62,410 nucleotides of DNA, filler included, from Porpidia crustulata (GCA_964255105.1; 4 parts of 4 records of this genome joined end to end with filler, not necessarily neighbours in it); one strand, 5' to 3'; shown: positions 1-12,154, counted from the whole stretch's first letter. Program-made: numbers and translations. Notes: generated by a model not told the origin, from the letters alone.

Positions 1-1980
1 GGAGGGGATGGGCGAGGAGAATGGTGAGGTATGGGGTACAGGTTGTTCTTGATGTGAATGTGGGTGTTCGGGGATATCGGCGAGAAGTTCGTTGAGAGCA
101 AGGGTCAGCATGCCTTCCATTCGAGGAAGTGTGCCGTATATATTGGCGTCAAGAGAAGGGAGAATATCGAGCATACGTTGGACAAAGTACGGATTATGCA
201 ATGGACCTCCCCACATCGGACCCGAGAGATGAGTGCGAAAGCCACAATGCTCGCAGTCGCGGCTGGTGGACGGGCCCTGCGATAGCGAGAACTTGTGGAG
301 TAGTTCTCCGGTTTTGCTCTCGAAGCTACGGATCTGTGCAAGTGGCTGCGTGGCCCATGCTCCACATCCTTCATCGCAGTTGTATACAACCATCGTTTTG
401 CTAGCGAGAAATTTGACCTCTGCCGGGGAGTTGCGAATACGGACAAACACTCGAACATAAAAGTCAATGGATAGGGACAGCAGAGGTTCGATTGCTTTTC
501 CGTATCGAGCAGCACAGGTTGCGATGGTATGAAGGATCAGTCGAAGACCTCCTTCATGGGATTGAGGACCTTTGAAGGGAAGACCACCATACTGCGAAAA
601 TGTCTTTTCCAAATATCCAGTGGAAGCGAAGACTCCTGCATCCGTACAGGTAACGCATAATAGGCCCCCATCTGCCAATGCTTGAAGGGCTGCGTCAAGG
701 AACGGAGCTGCTGTGCCGTATGGGTCAAGGTCGATCACATGGTATGGAAATTGACCATCTTTCAGCAACACGCTGTACATGTGCGCTCGGGCATCTCCGG
801 TGTTTACTTTGATTTTGCCGGAGATCTTGTTGTGGGCAACATTAAGTTTGATCGAAGCCGTTGCTGAGGATGAGAGGTCGTTAGCTGTGACGGAGGTTAC
901 TGATGGTATTTCTTTGACATATCGTAGGGCTCGAAGCCCTGTGGCAGACAACGCATCGAGGATACGAAATGACGGGGTCTCAGAAGCAGCTCGATTGCCA
1001 TTCGCAACACGGCCATGCCTCATCTTGGTAGGCCCCGTAGGTGTATTAGTAGCTTCACCGGGTGCTTCGACCTCTTCTGGAACTTCTTTCTCAACCATCG
1101 TGTTTTCAAGGCATCTTTTCTTTAAAGATGGAATAGCTTCAGCTTCCATGGCAGCGACTACATTAATCATTGTTGATAGTCCCTTAGCCATTGGCACAGC
1201 AGTCTTTTCCTCTCCATTAGATGAACAGTTACTAGTAGCAGCTGTATTTTCTTGGATTCCCCCATGATTTGTCTCGCTATTGACTATGTCTGCCTTTTGC
1301 TGCTCGGATTCATTGTCATCAAATGCATCCCGCTTCCTTTTCGTACCACTCCCCACTTCCTGGGTTTCCACTGGCTCCGACTCGTGCTCTATCGTCTCTG
1401 CCTTTTTGCTTTCAAGGCCTTTCCTCGCTGTATCATCTACACCTTGAACTTTGGCTAGCTCATCAGGGTTCGTATTGCTCGATATTCCATAGTCCCCCTC
1501 CATAGGTGATTCTACACCATCTCGACTTCCAGTCTGTGGAACAGTATCTGTAGAAACTGATACGGAGGCGCCTCGGCCCTTAACCGGAGGCAATTCAACA
1601 TGTGCCTTCAGTCCCCTGAGTGTATCTTTCCCCACTATCTTTCCGTTCCTCTTTCTGTGCCTTCCTCCCTTGCCTCCCACGTCTTGTGCCCTTCGCTCTG
1701 CCCGAGCCCTTCGGATAGCCGAAAGATCATCACCAAATACACGAATAGCAATGACGCTCAAGTCTCTGTTAAATTGCTGGATAGGGTTGTAGAAAACCGT
1801 TTGCGCCTTGGAATCTCCATTTCTAGAATTGCCGTGATAGGGGTTGACTATTTCGAGAGTTTCTGCTAGACCTTCTTTAACCACATTACACTCCTTTCCA
1901 TCGTAGAAAACTTTAGTTGATGGCTGATTAGGTGAATTCCCCGTGGCATGACTTTGAGTAGGAATATCAGTAGACCCCAT
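1..1980 (-). CDS. TRM1: tRNA (guanine-26-N2)-dimethyltransferase, 3'-truncated by the contig edge
   Basis: Manual translation from ATG at 1980 (context cccaccATGG) gives the Trm1 motifs VFYNPIQQFNRDLS, ILDALSATGLRALRY, TANDLS, HVIDLDPYG, GGLLCVTCTD and PLLSLSIDFYVRVFV. The frame appears to run off the window edge, which would explain its absence from the ORF track. Confidence 0.95.
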   Translation of the reverse strand, partial: MGSTDIPTQSHATGNSPNQPSTKVFYDGKECNVVKEGLAETLEIVNPYHGNSRNGDSKAQTVFYNPIQQFNRDLSVIAIRVFGDDLSAIRRARAERRAQDVGGKGGRHRKRNGKIVGKDTLRGLKAHVELPPVKGRGASVSVSTDTVPQTGSRDGVESPMEGDYGISSNTNPDELAKVQGVDDTARKGLESKKAETIEHESEPVETQEVGSGTKRKRDAFDDNESEQQKADIVNSETNHGGIQENTAATSNCSSNGEEKTAVPMAKGLSTMINVVAAMEAEAIPSLKKRCLENTMVEKEVPEEVEAPGEATNTPTGPTKMRHGRVANGNRAASETPSFRILDALSATGLRALRYVKEIPSVTSVTANDLSSSATASIKLNVAHNKISGKIKVNTGDARAHMYSVLLKDGQFPYHVIDLDPYGTAAPFLDAALQALADGGLLCVTCTDAGVFASTGYLEKTFSQYGGLPFKGPQSHEGGLRLILHTIATCAARYGKAIEPLLSLSIDFYVRVFVRIRNSPAEVKFLASKTMVVYNCDEGCGAWATQPLAQIRSFESKTGELLHKFSLSQGPSTSRDCEHCGFRTHLSGPMWGGPLHNPYFVQRMLDILPSLDANIYGTLPRMEGMLTLALNELLADIPEHPHSHQEQPVPHTSPFSSPIPS

Positions 1981-2248
1981 GGTGGGTTAGCTTTGGACCT
2001 ATGCTTTGGAATAGGGATTAGATGTCAAAATCCTGTGGAGCCATAGGATTCTATTCCATAATGATTGAGGTCTTTCACAGCAAACAGTATCGCACTGAAC
2101 GAGATGTAAGTCCTTTGGTAACTTGTGGAGGTATGAATCAAGGTCGTTGAATGTTGTAGATGATCCAACCAAAATTGACAGCTTCTGATCCATAGAATAA
2201 GATATGTATGAATATATACATATATATGGACTTCCTCGCACAAGAGAA

Positions 2249-2337
2249 GTCGCTTTGGTGGAGTGGTTAACACGTTGCCCTGCTACCAAGCTCAGGCAAT
2301 CCTTTCGGGGGCGTAGGTTCGAATCCTGCAGGCGACG
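2249..2337 (+). tRNA. tRNA-Ser(GCT) with an 8-nt intron (2286-2293)
   Basis: Acceptor stem GTCGCTT/AGGCGAC; D-arm with TGGTGGAGTGGTTAA (A box); anticodon stem TTGCC/GGCAA with loop CT-GCT-A^A; intron CCAAGCTC after position 37; long variable arm CCTTTCGGGGG; T-arm GTAGG-TTCGAAT-CCTGC; discriminator G. Confidence 0.95.
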
Positions 2338-2342
2338 CCATC

Positions 2343-2349
2343 TTTTTTT
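2343..2349 (+). terminator. RNA polymerase III oligo(T) terminator of tRNA-Ser
   Basis: T7 run starting 6 nt after the tRNA discriminator base. Confidence 0.8.
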
Positions 2350-2593
2350 GTTTTTCTACGAGCCTAGGTAGATATTTGGCTTGTATACCTTAACAAAACA
2401 CGTGATAGCAAATACTCATCGTTCGCTGTATTGATTAAGTGTTCGTTTTTGACATGTGCACGGTTGATTGATAGAATGCATAGTCATCGATTCGGCGACG
2501 TACATATATTCGAAATAATTTTCTATGACTTCTGATATTCATTTCCCGTTACCGCCTGGGCATTGCGAATGCCAGATCTGCTCTGTTTTGTCT

Positions 2594-4612
2594 TTATTCT
2601 TCACTCAATTCCTGCTCAATCACCTCCAATAGCCCTAGCTTAAGGTAATCACTCTCGTCCCTCAGACCCCACCTCACAGCATGTGAAGAATCTCTACCTA
2701 TTCCTGTCCTTTGCCATACCAAAGCCAAATTCCCCTTCTCGACCGAGATCGTAAATGTGCGAGTAGCTTTCAACGACTTACTCTTCTTACCAACCAACCG
2801 ACCTTCGTGAGATGAGACAATTGTCAATGTGCTCCTCGGATAAGATTTGGTGAGGACCAGCCAGACAATGTCCAGCTTTAGGAGATGATGGACATAATCT
2901 TCCAAGTCAGATGCGACGGAAAATTGCATCAGTTGGGGCATATTAATTAGTGGCGCGGTCGGTGGGGAGGACGTTATGGTGACTTGATAAGAGGTTCCAA
3001 TGGTTGGTGGGAAGAAGTTAGTGTGGATTTCAATCTTGATGGAGGTGGACTTTGAGGGGAAAAGTATGGATATCGATGAATGAAGAGGAGCTGTGAGAGA
3101 TTTGACCAGGGCCTCTGTTGCAGAGGTGGTTGCTGATGTAGTCAAGGAGGGAATATTTTTAAGATTGGGGGCCATATTTAATTCTTCAATCCCATATTCC
3201 AAACGTGCCTGCGATATAGCTTTACCCAAAATCTCCAGAAAAGTCCGCACATCTTGAACGTCGGAACGATGCCGAATCATCTCAAGGGTTGGTTTGAGTA
3301 TTGTGTAGATAGGTCTCGGATTCTTCGTCTCTCTTACTGGTTGTGGAGGCTGTGAGCGCTGGGCCAAGTTTTGGTTGTGTGTATGGGATAATAAGATTCG
3401 AAGACATATTAAAGTGATTGTGTTGATTGCTTGGTCGCTCTGGGGCGACGCGTGGGTTGCATTTGACGGAATTGTCTGCGAAAACTCGGACCCTTTACGA
3501 TCAACAGGTATTAGATCAATCTCGATCTGCCTGTCTTTTCCATAAGGCAACAAGATAGCATCGCCAATGCACCGCACCCCTTGATTGGCAAGATTGCATG
3601 CCTCACGGTTCAGTTCCTGGTACAACTCCTCGTCGAAGATACAATTCCGAGCATGCAGTATTAACCTCTCAATGGGCATATTCTCTGCATCTACCTCATC
3701 TGTCTTTCCAGTTGAGACGATTGGTTCCCCTTGATGTATCATGCGTATTCGGAGCCTCCGACTTTTGGATTTGATACCATGTCTAAGCTTGATGTTGCCC
3801 TCTTCGTCACGCCGTAATGCTGCTAAGCCGTGGTCACGAAAATCAGAGTATGCTAGGCCTCAAATCAGTCCCACATGCTTGAGCGTTCTGCATATATGTC
3901 TCTACCTTCAGTGAAGCCGTAACGAACTGCAAGTGTATGCTTTTCCCTCGGCATTCGACATATTGACCAACCTGACTCTTTAATTGCTAGAACCTGTTCC
4001 CAATATCTGGCCTCGTGTCCCATCTCTTGCTCTAATCTTGTAGCTGCTCCTAAAAGCAAATCTGCCGACTTCCTCAAGGATTGCATTCTCCATCCGATAG
4101 AGACCAATTCGGTTTCGTGCTTGTCAACCTCAGAGACCTGCGGTATCTGCATCACTTCCGCTCCAAGCGAGCCCATCGGGACATTTTGTTTGAAGTATGG
4201 GTCCAGAGTAAGCTGGGCTTGTGCAGGTGTATGCTTGGAGAGTAATAGGGAAACAAAGTTCAAAGCTTGAGAGCTTTCCATGCGGGCTAGCCTGGAGGCA
4301 AATAAGCTCCTATATATTAGTGATACCAGAGAGGTCTGACTCGACTTGTTTGAATATCTCCAATCTCGCAATAGCTAGCGCTTCTCTCTGAGATTTGATG
4401 TCCTGACCAATCTCGGCCGTCTCCTCCGGAATTTGGTCATCGATAGCCCCCTCGCCAGCTTCCAGAGCTCGGATTTCTTCCACGAGACTCGCTTCTGTAA
4501 CATTGCGAAAGGAGCCTCGCTGCTCGTTGATACGGGATATTAAAAATGGTAGGGAGTCTTTCGTATCGGGTTGAGGCCAGGGTCTTAACGAGAGTGACAA
4601 GTCTTCGGCCAT
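2594..4612 (-). CDS. MED17: Mediator of RNA polymerase II transcription subunit 17 (three exons)
   Basis: N-terminus SLRPWP...LISRINEQRGSFRNVTEASL, ALNFVSLLLSK, RLEQEMGHEARYWEQVL and ARNCIFDEELYQELNREA match fungal Med17/Srb4. GT-AG introns at about 4340-4292 and 3906-3854 join the three ORF-track pieces. Confidence 0.9.
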
Positions 4613-5028
4613 AATTGAGACCGCGCAATTCTACTCAAGCTCTTAAGCTATCATTATTTGGAGCGACATAATTCCACGGGTATGATGATCCTAGGAGTAA
4701 GACTCTATATGCATTTTGACCGGCTGTCCAATTAAATATGAAGCTAGAAGACGTGGTGAATATTCGTTATCGATAAGCCCCAAAATGCTTTTTCCCGGAC
4801 ATTTACACTCCACTCTTAATAGACCCAGTACATAGATAGAACGCCATACATCAGTGATACTGAAACGTACTGTCGAATGGCAAGATAGTAAGATATTCTC
4901 TGCATACATCTGAATGCTTAAACGTATCTGATATAAATCTCTGCCTACTAAACATTTTGACTGCCACCAATTTCTCTGTCTTTGTCAATCATATCTACCT
5001 TTTTAACAATCACATATGCCATTCAGCC

Positions 5029-7407
5029 ATGGCGCCTGTTCCCGTACTTAGTAAGAAGCGAATCGGAGTTCTCACCAGTGGTGGAGATTCGCCAGGCATG
5101 AGTGGTGCTGTGCGAGCTATTGTAAGGAGTACAATTGCCATGGGCTGTGATTCTTACGGTATCTATGAAGGCTACGAAGGGCTTGTACGTGGCGGAGATC
5201 TTATTAGACAGATGCAATGGGATGATGTACGTGGATGGTTATCAGAAGGAGGAACTTTAATCGGTACTGCCAGGTGTATGGCTTTTACAGAAAGAGCTGG
5301 CAGACTACGAGCTGCAAAAAACATGGTCACCACTGGAATTGACGCCCTCATTATCATTGGCGGAGATGGAAGTCTAACAGGAGCGGATATTCTTCGGCGT
5401 GAGTGGCCAGGATTGATTGACGAGCTGGTCCTCCAAAAGGAAGTATCGGCAGAACAAGTAAGACCCTTCAAGCATCTCAATATTGTTGGACTTGTAGGAT
5501 CTATCGACAATGACATGTCATTGACGGATGCAACTATCGGTTGCTACTCGTCTCTCAGTCGAATAAGTGAGGCCGTTGATTATATTGACGCTACAGCACT
5601 TTCACATCAACGGGCATTTGTCATAGAAGTCATGGGTAGACATTGCGGGTGGCTCGCACTGATGGCAGGAGTCAGTTCTGGAGCCGATTTTGTTTTCATC
5701 CCCGAGAATCCACCGCCTGGGGACTGGGAGAAAAACATGTGTGATATAATCTCCAAACACCGCAAGCTAGGAAAGAGGAAGACGATTGTCATCGTAGCAG
5801 AAGGAGCACTTGATCTTGACCTGAACAAAATAACCCCTACAAAAGTCAAAGATCTGCTTTCTAACAAGCTAGGCCTCGATACGCGGATTACTACTCTCGG
5901 ACACGTTCAGAGAGGTGGGAATGCGTGCGCTTATGACCGTACACTATCGACTTTGCAAGGTGTCGAGGCTGTCAAGGCTGTGCTCGATGCAACGCCGGAG
6001 ACACCTACTCCAGTAATTGCTATAATCGAGAATAAGATCAGTCGCAAATCGCTCCAAGAGTCAGTAAGAGCAACTCATGAAGTTGCGGAAGCTATTCATG
6101 CAAAAGACTTTGAGCGTGCTATGAACCTCCGCGGTGCAGAATTTGCAGAATATCATAATGCTTATATGATAACAACAGCTACCGATCAGCCGGAACTTCG
6201 CCTTCCTAAAGAAAAGGTAGTGTATTATTCTAATTTATTATATGTTCCTTTCGCTAATATTGAGCAGCATATGCGCGTTGCCATCATTCATGTTGGTGCA
6301 CCAGCTGGGGGAATGAATTCTGCAACCCGAGCAGCAGTCGCATATTGCTTAGCACGAGGGCATACTCCAATTGCAGTACACAACGGTTTCTCTGGTCTTT
6401 GCCGTCACCATGCGGATAAACCTGTAGGCGCTGTTCGAGAGGTTACCTGGCTCGATGTAGAGGGCTGGATGAGCAAAGGCGGATCAGAGATTGGGACGAA
6501 TCGTACTCTACCTTCCGACGACATGCCAAAGACTGCTGAGTGTTTCGAACTCTACAAATTCGATGCCTTGTTCTTCATCGGTGGTTTTGAAGCTTTTACG
6601 GCTCTCAGCGAATTGAGGAAAGCAAGAGCGGACTACCCGGCATTCCGCATACCCATGGTTCTTCTCCCTGCAACGATCAGCAACAATGTCCCGGGAACAG
6701 AATATTCATTAGGCAGCGACACCTGTCTTAATGCTTTAGTGTCTTACTGCGATACTATCAAGCTGTCCGCGTCATCATCTCGGCGGCGAGTCTTTGTAGT
6801 GGAAACCCAAGGTGGACGGTCTGGCTACATTGCCACGCTGGCCGGCCTTGCGATTGGTGCATTTGCTGTGTATACACCAGAAGAGGGAATTAGCATTAAG
6901 ATGCTAGCTCGAGACATCGAGCACCTGCGAACAAGGTTCGCCCAAGATAAAGGCCAAAATCGTGCTGGAAAGATTATTCTCCGGAACGAGCATGCTTCGA
7001 AAACGTATACTACACAGGTTATCGCTGACATGATCCGTGAGGAAGCCAGCGAACGCTTTGAATCAAGGATGGCTATTCCCGGTCACTTCCAACAAGGCGG
7101 GACACCATCTCCCATGGACCGTGTCCGTGCGGTGCGATTAGCCGTCAAGTGCATCCAGTTCCTTGAATGCTACGCTGGAAAGTCGCAGACGGAAGTCGCT
7201 AGCGATGATATGAGCCTGGCGGTCATAGGGATCAAGGGAGCGAAAGTCGTATTTGGGCCGATGGTTCGTCTAGAGAAGGAAGAAACAAATTGGAGAGATC
7301 GTCGGCCAAAAGATGAGTCGTGGCTACAATTGAAGAAGGTCGTGGATACCTTGAGCGGGCGACCACTGGCGGGAGACTGCTGTGAGGGATGCGGAAGAGC
7401 TGGTTGA
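5029..7407 (+). CDS. pfkA: ATP-dependent 6-phosphofructokinase (eukaryotic two-domain type)
   Basis: Motifs [48 protein letters not shown] and [15 protein letters not shown] at 5029. A 51-nt in-frame intron at 6217-6267 (GTAGTG...GCTAAT...GCAG) accounts for the [17 protein letters not shown] insertion in the ORF track. Confidence 0.97.
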   Translation: MAPVPVLSKKRIGVLTSGGDSPGMSGAVRAIVRSTIAMGCDSYGIYEGYEGLVRGGDLIRQMQWDDVRGWLSEGGTLIGTARCMAFTERAGRLRAAKNMVTTGIDALIIIGGDGSLTGADILRREWPGLIDELVLQKEVSAEQVRPFKHLNIVGLVGSIDNDMSLTDATIGCYSSLSRISEAVDYIDATALSHQRAFVIEVMGRHCGWLALMAGVSSGADFVFIPENPPPGDWEKNMCDIISKHRKLGKRKTIVIVAEGALDLDLNKITPTKVKDLLSNKLGLDTRITTLGHVQRGGNACAYDRTLSTLQGVEAVKAVLDATPETPTPVIAIIENKISRKSLQESVRATHEVAEAIHAKDFERAMNLRGAEFAEYHNAYMITTATDQPELRLPKEKVVYYSNLLYVPFANIEQHMRVAIIHVGAPAGGMNSATRAAVAYCLARGHTPIAVHNGFSGLCRHHADKPVGAVREVTWLDVEGWMSKGGSEIGTNRTLPSDDMPKTAECFELYKFDALFFIGGFEAFTALSELRKARADYPAFRIPMVLLPATISNNVPGTEYSLGSDTCLNALVSYCDTIKLSASSSRRRVFVVETQGGRSGYIATLAGLAIGAFAVYTPEEGISIKMLARDIEHLRTRFAQDKGQNRAGKIILRNEHASKTYTTQVIADMIREEASERFESRMAIPGHFQQGGTPSPMDRVRAVRLAVKCIQFLECYAGKSQTEVASDDMSLAVIGIKGAKVVFGPMVRLEKEETNWRDRRPKDESWLQLKKVVDTLSGRPLAGDCCEGCGRAG

Positions 7408-8192
7408 GGCTCATACTGTTGTATCCATTGCGAGATTTCCTTTACCAGATGATGCTAACAGGGCTGATGAATGTGACTACGACCAGAGTTCAACCCAGAG
7501 GTACAACGTGTAATACGGAAGCTACCTTGCTTGATAGAATCATGATTCGAGATGAGCTCGTTCGCTGTAAAATATTATATTCCTTGATAAAGCAGAGGAA
7601 TTTCCTATAGCACCTCTGTTCAAAGTGCTTGAAATGACTTCCTGCGGCCCGTCCACTGAACCTCTATTATCCTTTATGATCCTGAATAAAGTACTTACCT
7701 ACAACACCATAGAATAATTGTCATCCAGGAACTTCTCCTTAGGTTTACTGTTCCACAGCCTTAGACCTGTATACTGGCCTAGGACAAGGCGCTAATGTAA
7801 AGGATGAGGCTTCATGTAGATGCTCAAAGAATCTTTTGAATGCAGTGGCCGTGAATATAGAACAAACTAGAAGCGCATTGATGCAAATCGCTATAAAGGC
7901 GTTGATCCATATAAATTATGTAGATATCTATGCTGATTGGCTGGGAAGGTATAAAAGGAGATCAGTAACCAGCCCTGCAAGGCTGGAAATAAATTCTTGT
8001 GGCACGGTCTCCCCAACTTGAAATTCGACATCATCTGCTCCCCTCTCTTTAAAGCTCTTGTCGCTCATTTTCTGATGTACATTGATACCCTAATTGACGT
8101 TTTTGATCTGCAAATAGTATCCATACCCACCTTTTTGTGCATACGCCATAAATGCTTGTGTCGTTTCTTTGTTCATAGTCTCACCTCACACT

Positions 8193-9173
8193 ATGGAATC
8201 CAATGGCTCCTCAGAAAACATCCCTAAGCGTACTCCTACAGCACGATTCAAGCTCCCAAAGCTGGATGCATCTCTTTCAGAGTCTCTTACCACCGGCACA
8301 GATATACCTCCTCCTCTTCCACCTCCACCCCCGCCAAAAGATGCGCCACCCATAATTACCGAAAAAACTATTCCCACAATACCCCAGCCCGAAATATTCT
8401 CCGAACACCGTCCCTCTACTGCTAACACCATGCCTGGTGCATTTCCAACCTCTCCGATGGAATCACCCAGTGCTAGTCCTCAGACCCCAACAGCCCGACC
8501 ACGCACGAAGAACAATCCTCAATATGCTCCAGGCTATTCTCTACCTACGACACCAGGTACAGCGTCACCCAGAACACCTCGAGGTATAAGCAGATTGTTT
8601 AGGCCTCTAAGCCGCTTCTACGGCAACTCCTCTTCATTACACGACTCCTCTCCTGCAAGCGGTCGCCCATCCTCCCCAGGTAGCTCCACCATGGGCTCTG
8701 GTGCACGACCAAGCCTGAATCACAAGAAAAGTGGCAGCTTTTGGGAGAGGAGGAAGAGTTCGTTAGGCATGAAGGTCGACGGAGCAGGGCAGAATGGCTT
8801 CTCGAGCCCAGCCATGAACGGCAGTCATACCGTCGTGGAAGAAGATGTCGAGAGAAGCTCGCCTGCATTGGGGGAAGCAGATGTAAGGCTAAGGCTCAAT
8901 AAGAAGAAGAGCGGAACATTCTGGGGGAGGAGGAAGAGCTCCTTCGGGATGCCTTTGGATGAAGCTGGTGGGCAAGATACATTTCCGGATCAGCATACCA
9001 ATATAAATGACAGTATAACGGCGGCGAAGGAGCATACGGATAGCAGAACGTCTAGTATAAGCTATCAGGAGGACGAGAGGCCACTAAGTCCACCACCGAG
9101 ATTGCCGGAGGTGGTTGAGATTTTGGATGGAGGGTCACTGGGAGCGGAAGACTTGTTCAAGAACATAGGATGA
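8193..9173 (+). CDS. Pro/Ser-rich hypothetical protein with a duplicated basic motif
   Basis: 326-codon ORF from ATG 8193. Low complexity, with two copies of LNxKKSG(S/T)FWxRRKSSxGM and C-terminal GGSLGAEDLFKNIG. Confidence 0.75.
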   Translation: MESNGSSENIPKRTPTARFKLPKLDASLSESLTTGTDIPPPLPPPPPPKDAPPIITEKTIPTIPQPEIFSEHRPSTANTMPGAFPTSPMESPSASPQTPTARPRTKNNPQYAPGYSLPTTPGTASPRTPRGISRLFRPLSRFYGNSSSLHDSSPASGRPSSPGSSTMGSGARPSLNHKKSGSFWERRKSSLGMKVDGAGQNGFSSPAMNGSHTVVEEDVERSSPALGEADVRLRLNKKKSGTFWGRRKSSFGMPLDEAGGQDTFPDQHTNINDSITAAKEHTDSRTSSISYQEDERPLSPPPRLPEVVEILDGGSLGAEDLFKNIG

Positions 9174-11040
9174 TTATCAGGATAGCGTGTGCACTATCTG
9201 CAGGACATGACTTGTCAAACAACATTGAATACTGTTAAAAGCCTTTGGATAACCGTTGGGACCGCCGTTCTCGTGTTGAGCACGAATGCTGCAGTCTCGC
9301 CGAACCCGACAGGTATACGAAAATTAGCAATATTGCCAATGTCCTTGGTATAGGATGGGCAATGTATATGTTATTGAAGCATATGCGTGAATTTCTGGGA
9401 TTCATTCTGCTCTGCAGCCGTTCCGAACGTGCAGTCGATCTGATTACGCGGTCGATGTCAGATATGTAGGACTCGGCAACCGGTTTCTTCCCTTGTCTGA
9501 TTCGTCCTACCGTGATATCGGGTTCTCCATATTGATCGCGCTGTCTGCTTCTTTTCGCATTATTATGCTCTCCATCTCCAGTTTCGGGATCCGTGGTTCA
9601 TTCCGCTGCTCATGCATGCCGCTCTTCCGGCATGTTAGACTGTTGCATCGGACAGATCAGTCTTCTCTGCCGGCATATATTCTCCTTGCCCGCTTTTCAC
9701 TTTTCGTCAATCAAACCACGACCATGGATTTTTTTCCTAGTCCTCGCAGCATCACGATGCAGCGCTGCAGAAAACCTCGAAGTACCCATCGTGTCTCTTT
9801 CTCAAGCATCGCACCCGCTGCTCTGGTCGGAAAATTCCCCGATCGCCGATTCATTGGCATTATTCTCCTGCGAACGCTTCTCGCGACGACGATACTACCC
9901 TTTCTACCAAATTAAGGCACAACTTCCCTCAAATCAACCCAGCGAATCCCGTTGTAGCCAACCTCCCCGCTTCCCTTCTCGTCTCTTCCGCGAAATCCAA
10001 TCCGAATAACGGGGTGCGCATCCATCGATCGCAGCGCAGTTCAACCCCCCGCTTTATCCCCCGCATCATCTGTACCAGCCGTATCAAAGCAAGAGCAAGG
10101 ATGGGACCATGGTAACAGCGACGATCATATCGGCGATATTCTAGGCAGGAAGCATCAGTGATGTGGACATTGGGATCATCTCGATTTGCAGCTGCAGCGA
10201 GATGGAGAATCTGCATACCAGAGATTGAGGACAAGGAAACGAAACGCACCACTTGGCCATCCAGTTCCCACCAGTACAGCCAAGTAATCGCACCTACGGT
10301 TATGATAAAAAACAGCATAACACCTGCACGAGATTACATACCGCAGCAATAGCTTCAATACCCTAAACGTCCACAAAATTCATCAAATACACCAACGCAC
10401 ATAACACCACGATAAGAGGATTTTTCCTGGGGGTTTCAAAACCTGCGGCGTAGCATGGACCTACAAGTTCGCAAGGACATGGAATTGTGGTGGATATGTT
10501 TGGATGATCGTCAGATCACGAGATGCGAGGTTTTGGTGATATTTTTTGGTCCCCGATACGGTGGGGAGAAATGAAGTAGTCGTGGGGTTTGGGGAGGTTG
10601 GGTAAGGGGAAAGGTATGATATCGAGATGAGACGAGGTGGAATGGAGATTGAGATTAAGATTGAACTTGTAAAGAATCTAACAAAGCGATATTATATTGA
10701 AGATATTGTGGATGACATATATGCATCAAGAAACCTTATTCGACGTACAAATGGGGTTTTCACTTTGCGGCCGAATGACTCCCGTTAAACACCCTTATAA
10801 TACTACAAACAAACTCTTCATATTCGTTCTACTTCTTCGTCATCATTTCACTGACCACACTCATCTTCACCCACCCCCATTTTCCTCATCTTCACCTCAT
10901 CTTTCCCTGACTACAGCCGTTTCCCCTATCATCCATCTCCATCACATCTCCCACATAGTTCCGCAAACCCATCAAATGCAGCAAATCCAACAAATCCTTT
11001 ACAATCGTATGAAAGAGAGGAATTTCATACGATGTGAGAG

Positions 11041-11065
11041 CTGAGCTGAGCTGAGCTGAGCTGAG
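11041..11065 (+). repeat. (CTGAG)5 microsatellite
   Basis: Five perfect CTGAG units, followed by degenerate GGTTGAGGTGAG repeats. Confidence 0.9.
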
Positions 11066-11375
11066 GGTTGAGGTGAGAGGTTGAGGTGAGGGGGGAGGAG
11101 GGCCGTTAGATTGTTGAGAGACTGAGTGTTTGGGGAGAGATCGGGGAGGCGGAACGGTGGATTATTGAGAGACTGGATATTCGGAGGCAAGGAAGTAGAA
11201 GGATAAGCAAGATAGGAGAGTGGGTTGTTGGACGGGGAAGCGAAGGCATGAACGTAGAAATAATGATGACAATGATGAAATGAATTAAATCGATATAGAC
11301 TGACTTGCGATAACAAACCGTACTTTATGAGATATTTGAAAGATGCGATAGGTATAAGCTCCTACCGCGAGATCA

Positions 11376-12013
11376 ACAGTAAAAATTTACTTTCTAGTCG
11401 ACGAAAAATTGGAATGTTTTCAGAGGAAGAGAGAAAGAAAGTGGGTGCTTTGATTTAGGTGTAGTATATTCATCCTATTCATCCTTCCTTTCCCTCATCT
11501 TTCTCCTACATAAAACCCTCATCCCAAAACTCCACCTCACGTACCATCTATCTATTATATATCTATCATCTCTCTTGCATTGTCATTTTCGCCGTTGATA
11601 ATTCGTTAAGATTTAATCAGTTCAATCCAATTCAATTCATTACAACTCAAATTCAATCAAACTAATACATTTCCTCTCGCTACTCTTTTAAGTTCAAGAT
11701 AAAGACCGCGGAGAGGAGAGAGGAGGGGGGTGATAATGACGAGTATTCTCAAAGTACATCAAGTACAAGATTTCGTATCATATGATATGATATAAATAAC
11801 GGTAAATTTATTTCTTTCCCGTCGATGTCGATGGAAGGTTGGAATATTTGTAAAGCTCATTTAGATGTACTATATTCATCCCTTCCTTTCCCCTTCTTTT
11901 CTTTTCCCATACATAGAAATCCATTCAAAAACGCTGCGTCATGTGTCTAGTTGCCATTGATATTGCGTTTTCGTTGTAGGTGATATTCGTTAAGATCTGA
12001 TTCAATCCAATCC
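11376..12013. repeat. Diverged direct duplication (copies about 11376-11635 and 11798-12013)
   Basis: Shared blocks in the same order: aac(a/g)gtaaa, gtcga, ttggaat, atttag(g/a)tgta(g/c)tatattcatcc, ccttcctttccc, ttcgttaagat, ttcaatccaat. Confidence 0.7.
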
Positions 12014-12154
12014 ATGTAGTATGTAGATAGCGTAACCGGTGATTACCCAGCCGGTATATCTAACAACTCTGTTCATCCTCTACACTCACACTGTCACAGC
12101 CACATCCTCTGATCTTATTCCCCCCGGTCCTTTCCCCCCATAAAAGACCACTAC

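Noticed and set aside
1999..2289. Minus-strand ORF in frame with TRM1, as a possible mitochondrial-targeting extension
   Set aside because: Two stops (TAG at 1999-2001 and a TAA) separate it from the TRM1 ATG, and it overlaps the tRNA antisense.
9400..10480. Overlapping 130-140 aa ORFs on both strands, including a hydrophobic one at 9929-10318
   Set aside because: No recognisable motif and no splice model that avoids stops. It could be a decayed gene, but I cannot support a call.
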